64,000 bases of DNA from Auanema rhodensis. Its lineage: Eukaryota > Animalia > Nematoda. The stretch is taken from positions 22,630,001 to 22,694,000 of the forward strand of contig OZ059896.1 in assembly GCA_964057225.1 (NCBI GenBank), in the 5' to 3' direction. Positions 1-10,530 of this stretch are shown here, piece after piece. Every line of letters begins with the position of its first letter. Position 1 is the first letter of the stretch. Both the position numbers and the translations under genes were made by a program. The notes beneath the pieces were generated by a model. It saw only the letters and a program-made list of their open reading frames with translations. It did not search any database and was not told the DNA's origin.

Positions 1-351
1 TGCACCGAGATATCAACTGATATAAGTTCACACTTATAGCCTCGATTTTCACCCTGAAGAATTAATTTTTTCGTTGAATAACATTGTCCATCGTCTTTGC
101 TTTGAAAAAAGGAATCTAAAAACATCTACTTTTTGCTAAATTATTTTGAAATTTTTCGAAAAAATTTTTGTCAAAATGTTTTTGGAAGCAATGTTGAGTG
201 TTTATGGAAACTCAACATACACTAATGCATCATTTTTCAAACGATCATAACTAATTTCTGTATTAAGCGTTTCTCAATGTAGTATAGTGCATTCGATGCG
301 GATTTTTAAGCTGCGTCGATCTGTGTTATCAGATTTGCGCTAGCTTAAAAA
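1..351. repeat. Representative satellite monomer (351 bp, about 31% GC, many A/T tracts, 12 CpG)
   Basis: Hand count on the consensus gives 110 G+C of 351. Consensus sites: EcoRV GATATC (offset 9-14), BstBI TTCGAA (155-160), BsrGI TGTACA (199-204; mutated in this first copy), NsiI ATGCAT (225-230), NheI GCTAGC (339-344). Confidence 0.97.
152..163. repeat. 12-bp perfect palindrome TTTTTCGAAAAA (offsets 152-163), flanked by ATTTTGA/TCAAAAT arms
   Basis: Read directly from the sequence. Absent from C-type monomers (C157T, A163C). Confidence 0.88.
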
Positions 352-364
352 TGCACCGAGATAT
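247..364. repeat. Degenerate dyad of about 118 bp with concentric arms centred near offset 306
   Basis: TCGATGCGG(293-301)/CTGCGTCGA(311-319), TTAAGC(263-268)/GCTTAA(343-348) and ATAACT(247-252)/AGATAT(359-364) all share a centre at 305.5-306. Confidence 0.65.
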
Positions 365-369
365 CAACT

Positions 370-391
370 GATATAAGTTCACACTTATATC
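370..391. repeat. Intra-monomer inverted repeat 1: GATATAAGT-tcac-ACTTATATC (offsets 19-40), present in most monomers
   Basis: Perfect 9-bp reverse-complement arms with a 4-nt loop, shown in monomer 2. The stem is 10 bp in C41A units and 7 bp in T39G units. Confidence 0.9.
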
Positions 392-541
392 CTCGATTTT
401 CACCCTGAAGAATTAATTTTTTCGTTGAATAACATTGTCCATCGTCTTTGCCTTGAAAAAAGGAATCTAAAAACATCTACTTTTTGCTAAATTATTTTGA
501 AATTTTTCGAAAAAATTTTTGTCAAAATGTTTTTGGAAGTA

Positions 542-569
542 ATGTTGAGTGTACATGGAAACTCAACAT
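542..569. repeat. Intra-monomer inverted repeat 2: ATGTTGAGT-gtacatggaa-ACTCAACAT (offsets 191-218)
   Basis: Perfect 9-bp arms with a 10-nt loop, shown in monomer 2. Broken by G198T in C-type units. Confidence 0.9.
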
Positions 570-3500
570 ACACTAATGCATCATTTTTCAAACGATCATA
601 ACTAATTTTTGTATTAAGCGTTTCTCAATGTAGTATAGTGCATTCGATGCGGATTTTTAAGCTGCGTCGATCTGTGTTATCAGATTTGCGCTAGCTTAAA
701 AATGCACCGAGATATCAACTGATATAAGTTCAAACTTATAGCCTCGATTTTCACCCTGAAGAATTAATTTTTTCGTTGAATAACATTGTCCATCGTCTTT
801 GCTTTGAAAAAAGAAATCTAAAAACATCTACTTTTTGCTAAATTATTTTGAAATTTTTCGAAAAAATTTTTGTCAAAATGTTTTTGGAAGCAATGTTGAG
901 TGTACATGGAAACTCAACATACACTAATGCATCATTTTTCAAACGATCATAACTAATTTCTGTATTAAGCGTTTCTCAATGTAGTATAGTGCATTCGATG
1001 CGGATTTTTAAGCTGCGTCGATCTGTGTTATCAGATTTGCGCTAGCTTGAAAATGCACCGAGATATCAACTGATATAAGTTCACACTTATATCATCGATT
1101 TTCACCCTGAAGAATTAATTTTTTCGTTGAATAACATTGTCCATCGTCTTTGCCTTAAAAAAAGGAATCTAAAAACATCTACTTTTTGCTAAATTAATTT
1201 GAAATTTTTCGAAAAAATTTTTGTCAAAATGTTTTTGGAAGCAATGTTGATTGTACATGGAAACTCAACATACACTAATGCATCATTTTTCAAACGATCA
1301 TAACTAATTTTTGTATTGAGCGTTTCTCAATGTGGTATTGTGCATTCGATGCGGATTTTTAAGCTGCGTCGATCTGTGTTATCAGATTTGCGCTAGTTTA
1401 AAAATGCACCGAGATATCAACTGATATAAGTTCACACTTATATCGTCGATTTTCACCCTGAAGAATTGATTTTTTCGTTGAATAACATTGTCCATCGTTT
1501 TTGCCTTGAAAAAAGAAATCTAAAAACATCTACTTTTTGCTAAGTTATTTTGAAATTTTTCGAAAAAATTTTTGTCAAAATGTTTTTGGAAGCAATGTTG
1601 AGTGTACATGGAAACTCAACATACACTAATGCATCATTTTTCAAACGATCATAACTAATTTTTGTATTAAGCGTTTCTCAATGTAGTATAGTGCATTCGA
1701 TGCGGATTTTTAAGCTGCGTCGATCTGTGTTATCAGATTTGCGCTAGCTTAAAAATGCACCGAGATATCAACTGATATAAGTTCACACTTATAGCCTCGA
1801 TTTTCACCCTGAAGAATTAATTTTTTCGTTGAATAACATTGTCCATCGTCTTTGCTTTGAAAAAAGGAATCTAAAAACATCTACTTTTTGCTAAATTATT
1901 TTGAAATTTTTCGAAAAAATTTTTGTCAAAATGTTTTTGGAAGCAATGTTGAGTGTACATGGAAACTCAACATACACTAATGCATCATTTTTCAAACGAT
2001 CATAACTAATTTCTGTATTAAGCGTTTCTCAATGTAGTATAGTGCATTCGATGCGGATTTTTAAGCTGCGTCGATCTGTGTTATCAGATTTGCGCTAGCT
2101 TAAAAATGCACCGAGATATCAACTGATATAAGTTCACACTTATAGCCTCGATTTTCACCCTGAAGAATTAATTTTTTCGTTGAATAACATTGTCCATCGT
2201 CTTTGCTTTGAAAAAAGGAATCTAAAAACATCTACTTTTTGCTAAATTATTTTGAAATTTTTCGAAAAAATTTTTGTCAAAATGTTTTTGGAAGCAATGT
2301 TGAGTGTACATGGAAACTCAACATACACTAATGCATCATTTTTCAAACGATCATAACTAATTTCTGTATTAAGCGTTTCTCAATGTAGTATAGTGCATTC
2401 GATGCGGATTTTTAAGCTGCGTCGATCTGTGTTATCAGATTTGCGCTATCTTAAAAATGCACCGAGATATCAATTGATATAAGTTCACACTTATATCCTC
2501 GATTTTCACCCTGAAGAATTAATTTTTTCGTTGAATAACATTGTCCATCGTCTTTGCTTTGAAAAAAGAAATCTAAAAACATCTACTTTTTGCTAAATTA
2601 TTTTGAAATTTTTCGAAAAAATTTTTGTCAAAATGTTTTTGGAAGCAATGTTGAGTGTACATGGAAACTCAACATACACTAATGCATCATTTTTCAAACG
2701 ATCATAACTAATTTCTGTATTAAGCGTTTCTCAATGTAGTATAGTGCATTCGATGCGGATTTTTAAGCTGCGTCGATCTGTGTTATCAGATTTGCGCTAG
2801 CTTAAAAATGCACCGAGATATCAACTGATATAAGTTCACACTTATATCCTCGATTTTCACCCTGAAGAATTAATTTTTTCGTTGAATAACATTGTCCATC
2901 GTCTTTGCCTTAAAAAAAGGAATCTAAAAACATCTACTTTTTGCTAAATTATTCTGAAATTTTTCGAAAAAATTTTTGTCAAAATGTTTTTGGAAGCAAT
3001 GTTGAGTGTACATGGAAACTCAACATACACTAATGCATCATTTTTCAAACGATCATAACTAATTTTTGTATTAAGCGTTTCTCAATGTAGTATAGTGCAT
3101 TCGATGCGGATTTTTAAGCTGCGTCGATCTGTGTTATCAGATTTGCGCTAGCTTAAAAATGCACCGAGATATCAACTGATATAAGTTCACACTTATATCC
3201 TCGATTTTCACCCTGAAGAATTAATTTTTTCGTTGAATAACATTGTCCATCGTTTTTGCCTTGAAAAAAGAAATCTAAAAACATCTACTTTTTGCTAAGT
3301 TATTTTGAAATTTTTCGAAAAAATTTTTGTCAAAATGTTTTTGGAAGCAATGTTGAGTGTACATGGAAACTCAACATACACTAATGCATCATTTTTCAAA
3401 CGATCATAACTAATTTTTGTATTAAGCGTTTCTCAATGTAGTATAGTGCATTCGATGCGGATTTTTAAGCTGCGTCGATCTGTGTTATCAGATTTGCGCT

Positions 3501-6500
3501 AGCTTAAAAATGCACCGAGATATCAACTGATATAAGTTCACACTTATAGCCTCGATTTTCACCCTGAAGAATTAATTTTTTCGTTGAATAACATTGTCCA
3601 TCGTCTTTGCTTTGAAAAAAGGAATCTAAAAACATCTACTTTTTGCTAAATTATTTTGAAATTTTTCGAAAAAATTTTTGTCAAAATGTTTTTGGAAGCA
3701 ATGTTGAGTGTACATGGAAACTCAACATACACTAATGCATCATTTTTCAAACGATCATAACTAATTTTTGTATTAAGCGTTTCTCAATGTAGTATAGTGC
3801 ATTCGATGCGGATTTTTAAGCTGCGTCGATCTGTGTTATCAGATTTGCGCTAGCTTAAAAATGCACCGAGATATCAACTGATATAAGTTCACACTTATAT
3901 CCTCGATTTTCACCCTGAAGAATTAATTTTTTCGTTGAATAACATTGTCCATCGTTTTTGCCTTGAAAAAAGAAATCTAAAAACATCTACTTTTTGCTAA
4001 GTTATTTTGAAATTTTTCGAAAAAATTTTTGTCAAAATGTTTTTGGAAGCAATGTTGAGTGTACATGGAAACTCAACATACACTAATGCATCATTTTTCA
4101 AACGATCATAACTAATTTTTGTATTAAGCGTTTCTCAATGTAGTATAGTGCATTCGATGCGGATTTTTAAGCTGCGTCGATCTGTGTTATCAGATTTGCG
4201 CTAGCTTAAAAATGCACCGAGATATCAACTGATATAAGTTCACACTTATAGCCTCGATTTTCACCCTGAAGAATTAATTTTTTCGTTGAATAACATTGTC
4301 CATCGTCTTTGCTTTGAAAAAAGGAATCTAAAAACATCTACTTTTTGCTAAATTATTTTGAAATTTTTCGAAAAAATTTTTGTCAAAATGTTTTTGGAAG
4401 CAATGTTGAGTGTACATGGAAACTCAACATACACTAATGCATCATTTTTCAAACGATCATAACTAATTTCTGTATTAAGCGTTTCTCAATGTAGTATAGT
4501 GCATTCGATGCGGATTTTTAAGCTGCGTCGATCTGTGTTATCAGATTTGCGCTAGCTTAAAAATGCACCGAGATATCAACTGATATAAGTTCACACTTAT
4601 AGCCTCGATTTTCACCCTGAAGAATTAATTTTTTCGTTGAATAACATTGTCCATCGTCTTTGCTTTGAAAAAAGGAATCTAAAAACATCTACTTTTTGCT
4701 AAATTATTTTGAAATTTTTCGAAAAAATTTTTGTCAAAATGTTTTTGGAAGCAATGTTGAGTGTACATGGAAACTCAACATACACTAATGCATCATTTTT
4801 CAAACGATCATAACTAATTTCTGTATTAAGCGTTTCTCAATGTAGTATAGTGCATTCGATGCGGATTTTTAAGCTGCGTCGATCTGTGTTATCAGATTTG
4901 CGCTATCTTAAAAATGCACCGAGATATCAATTGATATAAGTTCACACTTATATCCTCGATTTTCACCCTGAAGAATTAATTTTTTCGTTGAATAACATTG
5001 TCCATCGTCTTTGCTTTGAAAAAAGAAATCTAAAAACATCTACTTTTTGCTAAATTATTTTGAAATTTTTCGAAAAAATTTTTGTCAAAATGTTTTTGGA
5101 AGCAATGTTGAGTGTACATGGAAACTCAACATACACTAATGCATCATTTTTCAAACGATCATAACTAATTTCTGTATTAAGCGTTTCTCAATGTAGTATA
5201 GTGCATTCGATGCGGATTTTTAAGCTGCGTCGATCTGTGTTATCAGATTTGCGCTAGCTTAAAAATGCACCGAGATATCAACTGATATAAGTTCACACTT
5301 ATATCCTCGATTTTCACCCTGAAGAATTAATTTTTTCGTTGAATAACATTGTCCATCGTCTTTGCCTTAAAAAAAGGAATCTAAAAACATCTACTTTTTG
5401 CTAAATTATTCTGAAATTTTTCGAAAAAATTTTTGTCAAAATGTTTTTGGAAGCAATGTTGAGTGTACATGGAAACTCAACATACACTAATGCATCATTT
5501 TTCAAACGATCATAACTAATTTTTGTATTAAGCGTTTCTCAATGTAGTATAGTGCATTCGATGCGGATTTTTAAGCTGCGTCGATCTGTGTTATCAGATT
5601 TGCGCTAGCTTAAAAATGCACCGAGATATCAACTGATATAAGTTCACACTTATATCCTCGATTTTCACCCTGAAGAATTAATTTTTTCGTTGAATAACAT
5701 TGTCCATCGTCTTTGCCTTGAAAAAAGGAATCTAAAAACATCTACTTTTTGCTAAATTATTTTGAAATTTTTCGAAAAAATTTTTGTCAAAATGTTTTTG
5801 GAAGTAATGTTGAGTGTACATGGAAACTCAACATACACTAATGCATCATTTTTCAAACGATCATAACTAATTTTTGTATTAAGCGTTTCTCAATGTAGTA
5901 TAGTGCATTCGATGCGGATTTTTAAGCTGCGTCGATCTGTGTTATCAGATTTGCGCTAGCTTAAAAATGCACCGAGATATCAACTGATATAAGTTCACAC
6001 TTATATCCTCGATTTTCACCCTGAAGAATTAATTTTTTCGTAGAATAACATTGTCCATCGTCTTTGCCTTGAAAAAAGGAATCTAAAAACATCTACTTTT
6101 TGCTAAATTATTTTGAAATTTTTCGAAAAAATTTTTGTCAAAATGTTTTTGGAAGTAATGTTGAGTGTACATGGAAACTCAACATACACTAATGCATCAT
6201 TTTTCAAACGATCATAACTAATTTTTGTATTAAGCGTTTCTCAATGTAGTATAGTGCATTCGATGCGGATTTTTAAGCTGCGTCGATCTGTGTTATCAGA
6301 TTTGCGCTAGCTTAAAAATGCACCGAGATATCAACTGATATAAGTTCACACTTATATCCTCGATTTTCACCCTGAAGAATTAATTTTTTCGTTGAATAAC
6401 ATTGTCCATCGTCTTTGCCTTGAAAAAAGGAATCTAAAAACATCTACTTTTTGCTAAATTATTTTGAAATTTTTCGAAAAAATTTTTGTCAAAATGTTTT

Positions 6501-7020
6501 TGGAAGTAATGTTGAGTGTACATGGAAACTCAACATACACTAATGCATCATTTTTCAAACGATCATAACTAATTTTTGTATTAAGCGTTTCTCAATGTAG
6601 TATAGTGCATTCGATGCGGATTTTTAAGCTGCGTCGATCTGTGTTATCAGATTTGCGCTAGCTTAAAAATGCACCGAGATATCAACTGATATAAGTTCAC
6701 ACTTATATCCTCGATTTTCACCCTGAAGAATTAATTTTTTCGTTGAATAACATTGTCCATCGTCTTTGCCTTGAAAAAAGGAATCTAAAAACATCTACTT
6801 TTTGCTAAATTATTTTGAAATTTTTCGAAAAAATTTTTGTCAAAATGTTTTTGGAAGTAATGTTGAGTGTACATGGAAACTCAACATACACTAATGCATC
6901 ATTTTTCAAACGATCATAACTAATTTTTGTATTAAGCGTTTCTCAATGTAGTATAGTGCATTCGATGCGGATTTTTAAGCTGCGTCGATCTGTGTTATCA
7001 GATTTGCGCTAGCTTAAAAA

Positions 7021-10000
7021 TGCACCGAGATATCAACTGATATAAGTTCACACTTATATCCTCGATTTTCACCCTGAAGAATTAATTTTTTCGTAGAATA
7101 ACATTGTCCATCGTCTTTGCCTTGAAAAAAGGAATCTAAAAACATCTTTTTTTTGCTAAATTATTCTGAAATTTTTTGAAAACATTTTTGTCAAAATGTT
7201 TTTGGAAGCAATGTTGATTGTACATGGAAACTCAACATACACTAATGCATCATTTTTCAAACGATCATAACTAATTTTTGTATTAAGCGTTTCTCAATGT
7301 AGTATAGTGCATTCGATGCGGATTTTTAAGCTGCGTCGATCTGTGTTATCAGATTTGCGCTAGCTTAAAAATGCACCGAGATATCAACTGATATAAGTTC
7401 ACACTTATATCCTCGATTTTCACCCTGAAGAATTAATTTTTTCGTAGAATAACATTGTCCATCGTCTTTGCCTTGAAAAAAGGAATCTAAAAACATCTTT
7501 TTTTTGCTAAATTATTTTGAAATTTTTCGAAAAAATTTTTGTCAAAATGTTTTTGGAAGCAATGTTGAGTGTACATGGAAACTCAACATACACTAATGCA
7601 TCATTTTTCAAACGATCATAACTAATTTTTGTATTAAGCGTTTCTCAATGTAGTATAGTGCATTCGATGCGGATTTTTAAGCTGCGTCGATCTGTGTTAT
7701 CAGATTTGCGCTAGCTTAAAAATGCACCGAGATATCAACTGATATAAGTTCACACTTATATCATCGATTTTCACCCTGAAGAATTAATTTTTTCGTTGAA
7801 TAACATTGTCCATCGTCTTTGCCTTAAAAAAAAAAATCTAAAAACATCTACTTTTTGCTAAATTATTCTGAAATTTTTTGAAAACATTTTTGTCAAAATG
7901 TTTTTGGAAGCAATGTTGATTGTACATGGAAACTCAACATACACTAATGCATCATTTTTCAAACGATCATAACTAATTTTTGTATTGAGCGTTTCTCAAT
8001 GTGGTATAGTGCATTCGATGCGGATTTTTAAGCTGCGTCGATCTGTGTTATCAGATTTGCGCTAGTTTAAAAATGCACCGAGATATCAACTGATATAAGT
8101 TCACACTTATATCCTCGATTTTCACCCTGAAGAATTGATTTTTTCGTTGAATAACATTGTCCATCGTTTTTGCCTTGAAAAAAGAAATCTAAAAACATCT
8201 ACTTTTTGCTAAGTTATTTTGAAATTTTTCGAAAAAATTTTTGTCAAAATGTTTTTGGAAGCAATGTTGAGTGTACATGGAAACTCAACATACACTAATG
8301 CATCATTTTTCAAACGATCATAACTAATTTCTGTATTAAGCGTTTCTCAATGTAGTATAGTGCATTCGATGCGGATTTTTAAGCTGCGTCGATCTGTGTT
8401 ATCAGATTTGCGCTAGTTTAAAAATGCACCGAGATATCAACTGATATAAGTTCACACTTATAGCCTCGATTTTCACCCTGAAGAATTAATTTTTTCGTTG
8501 AATAACATTGTCCATCGTCTTTGCTTTGAAAAAAGGAATCTAAAAACATCTACTTTTTGCTAAATTATTTTGAAATTTTTCGAAAAAATTTTTGTCAAAA
8601 TGTTTTTGGAAGCAATGTTGAGTGTACATGGAAACTCAACATACACTAATGCATCATTTTTCAAACGATCATAACTAATTTCTGTATTAAGCGTTTCTCA
8701 ATGTAGTATAGTGCATTCGATGCGGATTTTTAAGCTGCGTCGATCTGTGTTATCAGATTTGCGCTAGCTTAAAAATGCACCGAGATATCAACTGATATAA
8801 GTTCACACTTATATCCTCGATTTTCACCCTGAAGAATTAATTTTTTCGTTGAATAACATTGTCCATCGTCTTTGCCTTGAAAAAAGGAATCTAAAAACAT
8901 CTTTTTTTTGCTAAATTATTCTGAAATTTTTTGAAAACATTTTTGTCAAAATGTTTTTGGAAGCAATGTTGATTGTACATGGAAACTCAACATACACTAA
9001 TGCATCATTTTTCAAACGATCATAACTAATTTTTGTATTAAGCGTTTCTCAATGTAGTATAGTGCATTCGATGCGGATTTTTAAGCTGCGTCGATCTGTG
9101 TTATCAGATTTGCGCTAGCTTAAAAATGCACCGAGATATCAACTGATATAAGTTCACACTTATATCCTCGATTTTCACCCTGAAGAATTAATTTTTTCGT
9201 AGAATAACATTGTCCATCGTCTTTGCCTTGAAAAAAGGAATCTAAAAACATCTTTTTTTTGCTAAATTATTTTGAAATTTTTCGAAAAAATTTTTGTCAA
9301 AATGTTTTTGGAAGCAATGTTGAGTGTACATGGAAACTCAACATACACTAATGCATCATTTTTCAAACGATCATAACTAATTTTTGTATTAAGCGTTTCT
9401 CAATGTAGTATAGTGCATTCGATGCGGATTTTTAAGCTGCGTCGATCTGTGTTATCAGATTTGCGCTAGCTTAAAAATGCACCGAGATATCAACTGATAT
9501 AAGTTCACACTTATATCATCGATTTTCACCCTGAAGAATTAATTTTTTCGTTGAATAACATTGTCCATCGTCTTTGCCTTAAAAAAAAAAATCTAAAAAC
9601 ATCTACTTTTTGCTAAATTATTCTGAAATTTTTTGAAAACATTTTTGTCAAAATGTTTTTGGAAGCAATGTTGATTGTACATGGAAACTCAACATACACT
9701 AATGCATCATTTTTCAAACGATCATAACTAATTTTTGTATTGAGCGTTTCTCAATGTGGTATAGTGCATTCGATGCGGATTTTTAAGCTGCGTCGATCTG
9801 TGTTATCAGATTTGCGCTAGTTTAAAAATGCACCGAGATATCAACTGATATAAGTTCACACTTATATCCTCGATTTTCACCCTGAAGAATTGATTTTTTC
9901 GTTGAATAACATTGTCCATCGTTTTTGCCTTGAAAAAAGAAATCTAAAAACATCTACTTTTTGCTAAGTTATTTTGAAATTTTTCGAAAAAATTTTTGTC

Positions 10001-10530
10001 AAAATGTTTTTGGAAGCAATGTTGAGTGTACATGGAAACTCAACATACACTAATGCATCATTTTTCAAACGATCATAACTAATTTCTGTATTAAGCGTTT
10101 CTCAATGTAGTATAGTGCATTCGATGCGGATTTTTAAGCTGCGTCGATCTGTGTTATCAGATTTGCGCTAGTTTAAAAATGCACCGAGATATCAACTGAT
10201 ATAAGTTCACACTTATAGCCTCGATTTTCACCCTGAAGAATTAATTTTTTCGTTGAATAACATTGTCCATCGTCTTTGCTTTGAAAAAAGGAATCTAAAA
10301 ACATCTACTTTTTGCTAAATTATTTTGAAATTTTTCGAAAAAATTTTTGTCAAAATGTTTTTGGAAGCAATGTTGAGTGTACATGGAAACTCAACATACA
10401 CTAATGCATCATTTTTCAAACGATCATAACTAATTTCTGTATTAAGCGTTTCTCAATGTAGTATAGTGCATTCGATGCGGATTTTTAAGCTGCGTCGATC
10501 TGTGTTATCAGATTTGCGCTAGCTTAAAAA
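7021..10530. repeat. Tandem duplication of a 5-monomer block (1755 bp)
   Basis: The private AC128-129TT change (CATCTTTTTTTTG) occurs in units 7021, 7372 and again in 8776, 9127. The following C, E and A units match. Confidence 0.85.

Noticed and set aside
125-160. Membership of the Drosophila 1.688 (about 359-bp) family or beetle 350-360-bp satellites
   Set aside because: Length and AT content are similar and one short AT-rich stretch is vaguely reminiscent, but I cannot support homology from memory. It needs an alignment.
1-351. Tandem RNA gene cluster (5S rRNA, tRNA, snRNA, spliced leader)
   Set aside because: I recognise no 5S, tRNA cloverleaf or A/B box, or spliced-leader sequence on either strand. 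An Infernal/Rfam scan would settle it.
1-351. CENP-B box
   Set aside because: TTCG motifs are present but none is followed by the A..CGGG pattern of the canonical 17-bp box.
370-569. Rho-independent terminators or bacterial promoters at the hairpins
   Set aside because: The stems are AT-rich, lack an adjacent U-tract, and have no upstream genes. The context is satellite DNA.
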